From Ramazzottius varieornatus (Eukaryota > Animalia > Tardigrada), in assembly GCA_001949185.1 (NCBI GenBank), contig BDGG01000010.1:1001773-1065772 (forward strand): 64,000 nucleotides of DNA. Reading direction: 5' to 3'. The notes under the pieces were generated by a model, which ran no database searches, was not told the DNA's origin, and was given only the letters and a program-made list of their open reading frames with translations. Shown in pieces: positions 25,752-38,436 of the stretch. How positions within the stretch are numbered: the stretch's first letter is position 1; the number at the start of each line of letters is the position of its first letter. Made by a program: the position numbers and the translations under genes.

Positions 25752-26703
25752 CGCAGGAATTTGCAGGGTCCTGAAGTCAGGAGAACAGGTCCTCGAAAGT
25801 GGATTTCAAGTCAGAGTAGCAAGGATGAATAGCCTCATGCGTATAAGTTTGCCAAAATCTCCCAGCCGTAAACGATTGAGATGAAAATCTATAATAACAA
25901 ACAGAAATATTTTCTAGCTGACCGTTTTTCGCACAAGCTGGTTGCTGTCTTTTTCGGCGACCTGCAAAAGTTGCACGAACAGGTATCGATGCACGTGTGA
26001 TTTCGAAATTAAAAGACCGCAGGCACTCACTTCGTCGTGCAGTAGGCCTCGAAGAACCATCAATTGAGTTATACAGCACGAGAAGTACAATGGAGGCATT
26101 GGGTTACCACAATGCAGCGTTCTGTATTCCGGTTTCTGGTGTCGTCAGCAGCATCTGTATGATACTATTTACGTTTCACTCCGGTTAGCACACTTTGTAT
26201 ACAGTTTACCTTTGCCCACGCAAACTTTTCTTCGGCACATGCACACAGACTTTTTGAAACTACAACGGAATTTTCACGCATGATGCGGTAGTTAGTGCTT
26301 CGGAAGCTGATAACTTTCCCATTAAAGGGTCCTCCGAGTACCGCCGGTTTGTACATGTACAGAGGTGTGTTCTTTGCTCGCAAATTTTTCTGTTCGAGTC
26401 CAGGCAAAAAGACGGGGACAATATACCTCCGCTTCAGACCAGGAGATAACACATTGAAGGATGTTCAAGACAGCAGTTCAAGTGGGCTGTCATACTATAA
26501 TGGAGGATTTAATGGCAACGCTCGTGGTGTCTGCGCGGCAGACCGACTCTCCCTCTAATCGTTATAATCGATTTAGGCCGGCTGTTATTTCGCCTGAGGA
26601 TGAGAAAAGGGAGAACTCAGTTGCTGGAGGAAAAGCAGCTGTGCTATACGGTAGCGAGATTTACCAGTGAATTTTGTTTGTATTGGGACAGTCGTGACCG
26701 GAA

Positions 26704-27463
26704 ATGGCTGGATTCCAACGTGCGCGAGATTTTTTCTACGCCTTCTTCTTCATGTGCCATCTCATCACATCCTTGGGCTTCGACGCCCAAGTCCTGTTCG
26801 ACCGAAGGATCTTCCCTGATGTTGTAAGAACAGTTCTCTCAGCATCACTTCATAATGTACAGCTATAGGGTTAAAATACGTATCATGCAGGATCTCGTTT
26901 GCAGTTAAGGGACACTATGGATAGTTATATTTCCGCTTACAAGGACCCTATCGTCGGCATCGGACCTGGATGGCTCAAAGCAATCCTCTACTTTGAAATC
27001 ATCTTTCAAGTGCCTTTCTTGGTCTTTGGTGTCTTCGGAGCTCTGTCTGGTACGTTGAAGCTGGAGTACGAGTACAGCCGATTGATAGAATTATCTGTGC
27101 TTGGTCATGAAGGCGTGCTGCACCAGTTGAACCGAGTAGTCTGAAGTTACGCCCTTCTGACTTTCGCGTCATACTCTTATAGGTGCGCCATGGATGCGAA
27201 TTCCCTCCATCGTCTATGGTACCAGTTTAATGACCATGATGATCCCCATGCTCGGCTTTGTTCTCTTGGACGATTTCCGCCTAGCCAAAACTGGCCCAGC
27301 ATCGCTGGACGAGCGTCTAAGATTAGCTGGGATTTACGGATATTTCTTGCTAGGTGGTACAACAATTTTGGTTGACAATTTATTTTTCCGTCGAGCTTCC
27401 ACCGAGTCTTTCATGTGGAGAAAAACGATGAAAAAAAATACTACAAGTAAAAAGGTTCGTTAG
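26704..27463 (+). CDS. TMEM97: TMEM97/sigma-2 receptor (EXPERA domain) paralog 1
   Basis: Three exons: F..H....FDAQ|YKDP....P.WL....YFE..FQVPF|W.RIPSIVYG; basic C-terminus SKKVR. Confidence 0.85.
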
Positions 27464-27484
27464 CGACTTTAGCGTAAACGTACA

Positions 27485-30400
27485 TTGGCGTACGTACTTT
27501 AACGATTTCTTCGAGTGGTAGTGGCGTTATATTTTTGGTGGTAGTTGCTTGCGAATTCACGTTGTGACGGTTGTCTTTTCTGGAATATTTAGTCGGCGGT
27601 TTGAATACTTGTGTTCGGTCGCATTTTGTCAACAGTTTGGTCTTTGGTACTTTGGCTTTCAATACTTGTGTTTGAATACTTGTGTCCAGTTTTTGATACA
27701 TGAACGTCGACATGGCCTCGCTTTCTTCAGAGCTCTGACACAGAGCCTGTAGCTCGCCGAACCAGGATTCACGGACCTAAGGCTGATTACCAGCCTGATC
27801 CTCTAGTCCCTACGGTTCCTTCACGTCGCAAACGCAAGACGCGCGCTAAGGCGAAGGCTCCGGCTCGTCAACGTTTCCAGAGGTCCAACACAGGCTCAAC
27901 CGCCTCACGAGTGGCACGGGCTCTTATGGCCTCGGTGTCCGCCAGCTCCAGCAATCTCCAACCATCGTCCGAGGACTGGTGTGCGCTCCAAAATGAAGTT
28001 CGCCAACTCCGCGCTGAGGTCTCCAACTCTCTTCGTGGACCTGTTTCCACGTCAACAACAACAACCGCCGTATTATCCAAGCCTACCCTGCTCGGATCAA
28101 CACGCGCACCATCCGTCACTGTGCTCGAGGATTCAACTGTCGATGCATCATCTTCCGCGCCCGTCATCGCATCTAGCTCCAAGCCCGCTCAGGTCCTAGG
28201 TCTTTCTCCAGCTGATCATGACCTTCACCTGCCCGTTGTCGAGCCCGCACTTTTGGCCAAGTTACTGAACCCTTGTGAGTATGTCGACCTGGAGAACTGC
28301 CTGCCTCAGAACCGTGCCAAGTTCAGTGAAATCGAAAGACCCGCAACTTTAACGGGTCGCGGTCGCGGAGCTGGAGGTTCTGAGAAGCGCCGTATTCGAT
28401 CTTTTGACGATTGGTTGGAAGCGTTCTCTCTGTTCTCCCGTTTTCGTTGCTACTACGCCCCGGAATTAGCTTCTCCAATGGTTGGATACATCAATGTGAT
28501 CCGAAAGCTGTCCAAACAGTTTCCCTTAGCTACCTGGCAAGCTTAGGATATCCAATACCGCCTAAATATGACTCAGCCGGGCGCTTACCCTTCGGACTGG
28601 CTGCATCATGACATCGTCCTATGGTCAGACGTTTTGCTTGACTACCCACAGGCATCTCAAGGCTCTTCAACCGGACAAGGCAACAGTAACCAGGGTCCTT
28701 CCATCACTACCACCTCTGCTACTATTCCATGTCGCCCAACGCGTGCGTGCTACGGATGCGGCGACACCATCCATCTTCTGCCCGCTTGCCCGAGACGGTT
28801 GCCACCCAGGGCTCCTTTTCCGTACCAACAGCCATTCGTCCCTCGCTACCTATATCCGGATCGCGGCTATGGCTACCAAGGGCACCACCATTTAGCATTA
28901 CAGCGGGTAGTAGTGGCCAAGGAACGGGATACGGTTTCCCACAAGCTTCTTTCGGATGGTCGAACCCTCAGAAGCCTGTTTCTGTTAGTTACCAAACCAA
29001 AGCAGTCCAAAGGTATATCGCCCAGCGCTGAAGTCTGTCAGGCTTATAATGTGGGTTATTGTGAAGGCCCGGGGTGCCTCGATGGTCGGTTGCGCCTCTG
29101 CAATGTATGTTTTTCCAGAGAGCATAGAGCAGCCTTCCACAACACGGGTGTTAACCCTTATCTCGGTCAGTAGTTCCACAACTCTAAAACCTCAACGTTT
29201 CTCTTTTCTTTTACAACACTATCTCGATAAACATGCAGTTCAACACTTCTGTAATGGGTTGAAAAACGGGTTTAGCATTGGCTATTTCAACCCGGCGTTA
29301 GCACGTTTCACAAACAATGCTAAACCGCGGACCATCATCCGGATGTAATAGCCAAGTACATCAAGAAAAAAATCGAGGCCAAGCACACCGCGGGTCCTTT
29401 TCCCACTCCCCCTTTACCAAACTTCGTCTTGTCTTCGCTTGGTGTTAGGCCAAAGAAAATAAGCGTCGTTCGTTTGATTATGGATCTTTCTCATCCCTTC
29501 GGAAATTCGGTTAATGACCAAATTTCAGCAGACGCGTTTACATTGAATTTCTCTAATATTGATGAAGCAGTAGCGCTAGTTATCAAGAATGGGAAAGCAG
29601 CGTTCATGGCTAAGATGAATGTTGAAACTGCGTTCAGGCTAATTCCAGTTCGCAAAGAGGACTGGAACCTATCAGGATATTTCTTTGACAACAAATATTA
29701 TTTCGGCGTTGTTTTGCCTTTTGGGTTACGATCGTCACCAGCGATCTTCAACCGTCTGTCAGAGTTCGTCAAATGGCTGCTGATACACAACGGTCCGACA
29801 GTTGACTGGCTGCTGATACACAACGGTCCGACAGTTGACTGCACTACATGCACAATTTCTTTGTCGTTTGTGATTCGGAAGAGAAGTGACACCAAGCCAT
29901 GTCATAAATGAAGCAACTGTGCGAAGACCTTGGGGTAGCGTTAGCCGACGAGAAGACAGAGGGTCCTTCAACCAGCTCAACTTTTCTCGGAGTGGGGATT
30001 GACAGTGTCAAACGAACGTTACATGTGCCTCGGCAGAAAATAGACGAACTAAAGATAGAATTTACGCTTTGTGACCATCGACCAAGGGCAATTAAGCGTC
30101 AACTTTTGAGTTTGATTGGGAAACTCAGTTCAATCACGAAATGCATACCCGCTGGGCGGATATTTCTGCATCGGATGCTAGATTTAGCCCACAAACTCCG
30201 AAGTTCAAACCATACCATTCGTCTCAACCAAGGGTTCAAGGCAGACTTGGAATGGTGGAAGCAGTTTCTGGCACTTTGGAATGGTACAGCTTCGTTTCTC
30301 GAACCAACGTGGACTTCTGCGTCCCGGTTGTCTCTGTTCACTGATGCAGCGGGTTCGATAGGGTATGGTGCGATTTGCGGTAACCAGTGGTTCCAATACA

Positions 30401-31482
30401 GGTGGTCAGACTGGGTACTGGCTCTTAATCAACCTACCGCCTGGCTCGAAATGGTACCCATCTACCTTTCATGTGTGGTCTGGGGTTCACAATGGCGCGG
30501 AAAGCGCCTGGAATCTTATTCCAATAACCAAGCAACAGCAGCAGCATGGAAAAATTTTTCAAGTCCCCACAAGGGTTTGATGGAGTTAATCCGACGCATT
30601 TATTTCCACACAGCCAAAAACAACTTCACACTGAGAATTACGCATTTGCGCGGGGTGGCGAATGCTATCGCTGATTCCCTCTCACGTTTTCAAATGGAAC
30701 GGTTCCGCGCGCTAGCACCCAGGGCCAATCATTCACAGGAAACGATAGACTCAAACCTCACAAAGTTAAGACAGTCACTGTACATGCAGAACGACAAATG
30801 GATCGAAAGCTCGACCACGGAGTTGACAGCCTTATCGTTGCCCACCTGGCTTGTGGCACGCGAAGAGCTTATGGAACCGGAGTTGGACGGTTCTTTCATC
30901 TCTGCCCAACTCAGCAGTACCCTTTCCTTCCATCCGATTCGACCACGCTGCATCGATTTGCAGCATTCCTTTTTGATGAAAAAGTTTTCTGTATACCTCA
31001 AGTTAGCTGCCACTGGCCATTCTTCTTGCCCCGTTCGTTCTTTCTCAAAATATGTCATTTCTAGAAAACATCCCAATTTTTCCGATTCACCTTGCTTTAT
31101 CTTTGAATCGAGAGAATTTTTAACCCGACAGCATCTAAACTTTTGGCTAAACCAGTTTCTTGGGTCGAATTTTTTCGTCGCACAGTTTTCACATAACCGC
31201 AGCAACGTCGGCCTGTACATCTGGCAGATTGACCACATCAAGTTAGCCGGTCGATGGAAGAGCAATGCTTATGCGCGGTACATTCGTCAAACTTCGTAAA
31301 GAGCTTCATAATATCAATGTGGCTTCTCGCGCTGTGGTTGTGCTTGTGGTGACCATCGCTCGTGTCGGTGTTGGGGGTGTCGCTCAGCAAACCTTGCGAA
31401 CGGTAACAGTTTTAATTTGCCAGTGGACGCCTTCTCAATGCCGGCACTTGCCTCCGTGTTCGTTTGGAGTGAAGTACGCCAA
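27485..31482 (+). mobile_element. Decayed tyrosine-recombinase retrotransposon (DIRS/Ngaro-type): gag, RT, RNase H, YR
   Basis: Gag-like IRSFDDWLEAF, a CYGCGDTIHLLPAC knuckle and a Cys/His finger; RT VRLIMDLS, AFRLIPV, LPFGLRSSPAIFN; RNase H LFTDAAGSIGYG..N.IADSLSR; YR N-terminus TRRAY and C-terminus GRWKSNAYARYIR. Multiple stops and frameshifts. Boundaries tentative. Confidence 0.9.
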
Positions 31483-31704
31483 AACGGATCTAAAGTCTTC
31501 GATAAACTGAATGCAGCCATGACATACAGTATATCGAGCATTTCGATAAGGTGGGAACAGAGTTCAAATGTCACGCCAAGACAAACAACTTGCTCGTGAT
31601 TTGGCTAAAATCCAGCAATAACGGTTCAGAAAGTCGATGCGTCGAATCCTCAGAAATCCGATGGCTTAATCTCTCCAACATTTCGACTGAAGAGGAAGAT
31701 AGCT

Positions 31705-32398
31705 ATGGCGAGCTTCCGTCGAGCTCGAGACACCTTTTACGCCATATACTATTTGATCCATCTTCCCATCAGCATCCTTTTCGACAGTCAGCTGATTTTC
31801 CCTATGAGCTGGTTTTCACCGACAGTAAGTATTAATCCAACTTGTTTTATCACGACTGTAGTGCGATATTTTTTTTGATATTTTTTGGTATTAATACTTT
31901 CAGCTGCTCCACCAAAGCGACTTGTATATCCGCAACTTCAAAGATCCACTTGTTGGCAATGCACCGGCCTGGTTTCTCGCTTCGATCTACATTGAGATAT
32001 TCTTGATGGTTCCCTTCTTCGTCGTTGGATTTTTCGGAGCTTTGAAAGGTATTGAAGAAACCTCCGTCATGGATTCTAGATCTGCTTCTGTCAACGGAAT
32101 TTTGCGGCTTTCCTCAAATGCGTCCAGGATGAGAATTCCCTCGATTATATATGGCACGACAGTCATCACACAATGCCTTCCCATGATCACGTATGTTTTG
32201 GTGGATGAATTTGAAGGAAGCCGCATCAAGCCGGCAACCGATAGCGAACGATGGCTGATAGCCGGCATATACGGATCCTTCTTCCTGGTTGGAGCAACTA
32301 TTCTTCTTGATAATCTATTCTTCCGAACGGCGCCGAAAGACGACAAAAATTTCAAGAGCCGTCTGAACGAAATATTGGCAAACCGGAAAAGGCAGTAG
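31705..32398 (+). CDS. TMEM97: TMEM97/sigma-2 receptor paralog 2 (second intron acceptor apparently lost)
   Basis: MASFRRARDTFYAIYYLIHLPISILFDSQL|..FKDPLVGNAPAWF..EIF..PFF..MRIPSIIYG; ends RKRQ. Confidence 0.8.
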
Positions 32399-32690
32399 TT
32401 CTTATGTTCACTTTGTCTAGTTTAGGTAGGATATACTATAGTAGCTGAAAGTTTGAAACCGGTTTCCACTACCAAGAGGATACTTCTTTTGCTCGTGGGC
32501 GTACATTTAGTGCAAGTCAGTTTTGCCTTGAAGCATATGAAGATCGAGCCACGTCGCTGAGCTAGCACATAATAATAATCATTTGTAGTAGCCGGCTGAT
32601 CATCTTTCTTGGCAGAATAAACTCAACAATAGTCTGGACATTTTTTTCCTCTTTGCTTGATTCTGATGTGTATCTTGAGACCGTGGAAAA

Positions 32691-33408
32691 ATGGGTGCCG
32701 TCTTCCGGAGGCTTCGCGATGTGGGATACGCCCTGTTTTTTCTCTTCCATTTGGCTATCATCCTTTTGGCTAACACCCAGCTTGTTTTGGACAGAAAGCT
32801 CTTTCCCAAAGAGGTGTGAATTATTGCTCATTCCGTTCTTGTCTAGTGTTACAAGTATCGGAGCTTTTCTTGCAGCTCGTGGATTTTCAAGACAAGCTCG
32901 TCAAAGATGCCAAGGACCCACTGTTCGGGAATGCTCCCACATGGTTCCAGGCTCTCATCTGGTTCGAGCTCTTCACATACGTTCCCTTTTTGTTTCTTGG
33001 CTTTTTCGGTGCTCTAACAGGTGGGAAATATGTACCGCTGGACGGTTTTTTAATGAAAAATTGTTGAACAGTACTCGCTTAGTTGGAAGCACCGAAGGGT
33101 GTTTAATTGGAGTTTCCTGGTCAACAGGCGAACGATGGATACGAATCCCTTCGATCATGTATGCAACCAGCTTGATCACGGAACTCATCCCCATGCTTGG
33201 CCACATCTTTTATGATAGCTTCAGCGGCCCAGGAATCATAGGACCCAAGACGAAGGACGAGCGTATGTACGCCAGCTTTCTTTACGCAGGGTTCTTCCTG
33301 GTTGGTGTCTGCCTGCTCCTCGACAACCTTTTCTACCGGGGCAATGATCCTATCAACGATGTCGGTGTTTCCACAACATACGTCGGGGGCAAGAAAAAGA
33401 ACCAGTAG
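32691..33408 (+). CDS. TMEM97: TMEM97/sigma-2 receptor paralog 3
   Basis: MGAVFRRLRDVGYALFFLFHLAIILLANTQL|..AKDPLFGNAPTWFQALIWFELF|WIRIPSIMYA; ends KKKNQ (KKxx). Confidence 0.85.
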
Positions 33409-34008
33409 TCTTTCTTCAGCCCTTCTTCCCTATTTAGACCGATCGTTGCAACTGGGTATCTCGTACCAGTGCGGGCTCCGTAGAACGGAATTCGAGCGAC
33501 TCGTCTTTCGATTTTCTTTTAATCCCTATCTTCATGCAGTTGAACGTTTTCTACTGTCGTAGTACTCCACTTTTGCTTTCAGTCTACATGTAAGCCGATA
33601 ATTACGGATTATTTGGATTGGCTTCCGTCTAGTAAGGTTAAATGCACTTTTTCCTGCATACCGGTACTGGCCTAATCTTATCACTGCGCCGAGTGATGAG
33701 CAAACTTTACCCGCACGAGGGTTGTGCCGCGTTGGAGGTTTGACAGAGGCAGAGACCGGTCTCGTGTCTGCCTGTCGCTTTATCGGCCTGGAGAATCATT
33801 GATTCAAGACCAAATACCAACAAAGCATGCGCGGTGCAGAGGAAAGCTGACACGTCGCTCAACTCGCATGCACATTCATTCTTGGTCACAGAGTTGCAGC
33901 CCATTAACGGGTTTAAATATTCATTTCTTCTCCAGACTCTGGGCTAGTGTGATCATCTTCCAGATTCCATTTCCGTCGCGTATTCTTATCCTTTGCGATT
34001 TTGCCGAA

Positions 34009-34780
34009 ATGGGAGCCTTCCGGAGATTGCGTGACATGGGCTACGCCCTGTTCTTCCTTGCCCATCTGGCCATGATCATCCTCTTCGACGCTCAGCTGGT
34101 GATGGATAAGAAACTCTTCGCCAAACAGGTAAGAGGCTATCCTGAACATTTCTTCTGGAAATGCTTGATAGTGTTGTGTGGTTGCAGTTGATAGATTTCA
34201 AGAACCAGTATGTGAAAGACTACAAGGATCCCCTGGTCGGAAATAATCCAACATGGTTCCAATCGTTCGTTTGGCTGGAAATCTTCGCCTATGTTCCGTT
34301 CTTGTTCTTTGGATTCTTCGGAGCGCTAGCAGGTATGTAAACCTTGTGGTGATCGTTCTTGTTGCTCAGAATAGCAAGAATATAACTCCTGCATAGGAAG
34401 TATGCAAGCCGGAAGTTCCTCTATATCTGTGTCCTCCACCACCCTGTTCAAGAGGCGCATACTTTGTACGGTGTTTACTTGGTATTCTAGGAGCCCGATG
34501 GATGCGAATCCCTTCGATCATGTACGCCACCAGCCTCATCACTACTGCCATTCCCATGTTGGCTCACATCCTCCACGATAACTTCCCTGCCCCGAAAGTT
34601 GGCCCCAAGACTCCCGATGACCGTATGTACCTCACCGCTCTCTACGGTAGTTTCATCGCTGTCGCTACCTGGATGCTGCTGGACAACTGGTGGTTCCGAT
34701 CTTCTGGTTTCTCAACCCACAAAATCGAAGGACCCAAGTCAACCACTACATACGTCGGAGGCAAGCAGAAAAAAAACTAA
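34009..34780 (+). CDS. TMEM97: TMEM97/sigma-2 receptor paralog 4
   Basis: MGAFRRLRDMGYALFFLAHLAMIILFDAQL|..YKDPLVGNNPTWFQSFVWLEIF|WMRIPSIMYA; ends KQKKN. Confidence 0.87.
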
Positions 34781-35065
34781 TGAGCAGTGTTCCATTTGCG
34801 TCTCTGCATAGGCTGTAGAGTACAGCAGAAAGTTCCGCAAACCATCAACCATCTTCCAACCAAGAAAATTGTCGCTCCATAAAACATTCTTTCTGTTATC
34901 TGTACGAGTACCATGTTTTCTGTCTCACCGGTAAACAAAAAACAAATCATCCCCCTAAGTTACTGTCTGATTACCTTTTGATGTAAATTATGTTACCGCA
35001 TTTCATGGAAATCTAAACGAGATTACAAAAAAGAGAACAAAGCACCACGGAGTAGCAATTTTCGG

Positions 35066-36295
35066 TTATTGTGCTTGTGGTGGTTGGTTATTTTGGTTAC
35101 GAGAACTACTCGACCCTAACGCAAGTCTTCGAACGACTTGGACGTTAGCAGAATTCATGGAGACGGACTTTTCTTCTTCCTCGTCCGTATAGTTGACACG
35201 TTGCCGACTTCTTGTGGCTTGAAGCAGCTCTGTATCTACACTCTGTTCGTACAGGAGAGCGTTGAGTGTTTCCTCAAGGATTCGAGCTTCCGGAAAGTCG
35301 ACCTTGGTGTGCTTCCGGTCGGCTGCATAGACGATGGAGGTACAACAGACTTCAGCGACCTTCTTGCCGTGTCCGTAATATGACCAGCAACAGATCTCCG
35401 TGTTACCAATCACGTCCTTAAGGAAGAGGATCCGGCCGTTAAAGCGGAGACAGAGCTTGTCGAAAAGCTCGATGCTCTTGAGAATATTGTCGTCTGATGT
35501 CCTACAGAAGAGGATACAATTTGCAAGTTAGAGTAATTCATATCTACAGCATTCGCGCGACGGAAACATCACTCGTACATCGTATAGGAATATTTGTTGT
35601 TGTGACGATTGACTTGAAGCTTAACCACAGGTTTCTTGGAGTTCGCGATGAGCTGTTGTTCTTCTCGAGAGGAAGTCAGGAGAGGAACTTGGCATACGGC
35701 AGAGTTCCTTGCTTGCAAGGCAACTTCGCACTTGTGAAGAAGATCCTAGAAGGCAATCGAGTACAGCTGGATACACACAAAGGATTGTCCAGTCCAAACA
35801 GAAAGTTTATATGTACCTCGCAAAGATAGTACTTGGCTTCGTGCAAGAGTTCTTCGATTTCTGTGGGACAAGCTGGCAGCGGAACGTCTCCATCGCGAAG
35901 CCAGTTGATGATGGACCCGAAGTGCTTGCCGCTACGATCGATACGGACAAATCCTACAAGAGGACCCTGAGTTGCCTTGTCCATACAATCGTATGGGTAA
36001 AACCGTGGTAGTTCGATGTAAGAGAGAGAAATTATACCTTCAGAGTCCTTCCTTACACCAACGGGTGAAGTGAACATGGTCTTTAGCATGGTATCTCTGG
36101 CCATGAGAGTATTCAACGTCGTGATATGCAGCGTTCCTACATCGCAAAAATACACAGTCATCAGCTATATTCCCTCGTAGATCCAGACATCTCATCCTAA
36201 CCTCCAACATTCAACTTCACGTAGAAGCTTCTGTCATCTGGAATCTGTGCCATGCTTTGCTGCGCCATTTCCGCTGATGAGGAATGTCCTTCCAT
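35066..36295 (-). CDS. KCTD10: BTB/POZ Cullin-3 adaptor of the KCTD10/KCTD13/TNFAIP1 (BACURD) family
   Basis: YVKLNVGG; [22 protein letters not shown]; [46 protein letters not shown]. Confidence 0.93.
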
Positions 36296-36773
36296 CCGAA
36301 GATTACGATGTAGATTAGGTCGTACTGCAGAATCCCAGCAGGCTTTAGCGATGTTTCCTGTTGTGCAGATCAGTAACGAACTCGGCAATCCTAAGCGCGC
36401 TTTCTCAACTCCAGGACAAAGACGGAGAAAGCAGCAAAACACAGGAACAGAAATCACAGAATGCTGGAAAAGGAAGAAAAATTCCTCGTGAGTCGTGAAG
36501 AAGCTGGGCCATTGATGGCACATGTTCCGCAAAACAATACTAAAGACGTAGAAAAAACCATATGCAGACTGGCTTGAATACGAATACGTCATATCGACGA
36601 TTGTAGCAGACTGCTGTAGTCTAATTGACGTCATGTGGCAACGTTTTCTTCGTATAGATCAGACGTTTGTTTACTTTTCATTTTAGTTTCCAGACGAACA
36701 TTTTACTCAAAAGTCAAACCACCTTGATCTTTGCCAGCATCATCCGGAGTAGTGAAATGGGAGACAGATACTA

Positions 36774-38436
36774 ATGGTAGTATCTACGATGGCTCCGGAA
36801 CGCAACGCGTCGTCGATGCTAAGTCTCAGCTCAAGTCACGGAGGAAGATCGAGCAGAGGAAGCACGGTGACCAACTACAGCCAGAGTGAACAAGCAGAAC
36901 TGGATACCATCCGTCAGGAAAAGGTAGTTCTTCTCCGCGAAATTCGGGGTTTGAAAGATGAGATTGCCAACTGCGACTACATCATAGAGCGACTGGATGT
37001 GGATGAGGATGGCCGACCTAATGCTGAACGCCAAGTGTTGGCCACTGGAAAAAAGAAGTTCAATCTGGATCCGAAGAAAGGCATCGAGTACCTTGTAGAG
37101 CAGAAAGCTATCGAACATACCCCCGAGGATGTGGCGAAGTTCCTTTTCAATAATGAAGGGTTGGTGAAGACGGCCATTGGAGACTATTTGGGAGAACTAG
37201 GCTTCAGCCAACAGGTACGAGATTATTGCAGTATTTCTTAGCCACGCGCATGACGCCTTGATAGTCCAGGGAATGGTAATTGGATAACATGACGTCATGC
37301 GCCGATTGACTGGTTCGTGCTTACTGACCTTTTCGTGTCCGATAGGTATTGGAGGAATTTGTCCGACTGCACAACTTCTCAAATACGGATCTCGTGACGG
37401 CCCTTCGTACTTTCCTCTGGAGTTTTAGGTTACCCGGTGAAGCACAGAAGATTGACAGGATCATGGAGACCTTCGCCAAGCATTACTGTGTGCAGAACCC
37501 CGATGTATTTTCTTCTTCAGACAGTTGTTACGTTCTGTCCTTCTCCATTATCATGCTGAATACTACTCTGCACAACCGCGCGGTGAAAAGTAGCTTCAGA
37601 CAGTCAGTCGACCAGTTTATCACGATGAACAGAGACTCAAACGGCGGACAAGCCTTCCCTCGAGAGATGCTCGTCGCCATCTACGAAAGCATCAAGAACG
37701 ACCAGTTCAAGGTAAACTAGCTAGTGGTTCTGACCACTGGAAAGGCCGAGCAGAAGCAAAGAAGCACAAGTTTTGCGAGTAAAAACTTTTGCTAGTCGGA
37801 TCAAGTTGCGCACTTGTTTTCAGTACAGAGGTTGCGATATCTGAAAGCTCGAACAATCTGATCGTCCATTGAAATCTCGACAGACTTAAAAGGGCCTCGC
37901 TTCGCTCGGCCTGACAACCTTCCAAAAATTCCGAACTTAAAACTATGGTCATTCGTCTGTTGTAGATACCGGAAGATGATGGTACGGACCTCGTGCCGAC
38001 TTTCGAGAACCCAGACAGGCAAGGGTGGTTGTCAAAGCAAGGTGGAAAGTATAACGTGACAGGGTGGAAAAGGCGTTGGTTCGTCCTGAACGACAATGTG
38101 CTGTACTACTTCACCAGTCCAACGGACAAGGAACCCAAAGGTTTGATACCTTTGGAGAACGTCAAGTTGGATGACATCGAGGTGAAGGAGAAGAACAGGC
38201 ACTGCTTCGAGCTTTTGCCGCTAACCAACGAAGTGGTCAAGGCATGTAAGATGGGCAAGGATGGGAAGCTCGTGACCGGAAGGCACACGAACTACATCAT
38301 CAGTGCGGACACTGCCGCCGAGAAGGAAGAATGGATGAGATCCATTCGGTCTTGTACATGCGAGAACCCGTATATGGGCATGCTGAGGGAACGAAAGAAG
38401 AAAGCGCAACGTTTTTATCATAGTAGTGTGCAGTGA
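36774..38436 (+). CDS. Cytohesin ARF-GEF (coiled coil, Sec7, PH, polybasic tail)
   Basis: GKKKFNLDPKKGI; FLWSFRLPGEAQKIDRIME; PH domain GWLSKQGG..WKRRWFVL..LYYF..DKEPKGLIPLEN; RERKKK tail. Single invertebrate-type cytohesin (steppke-like). Confidence 0.95.
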
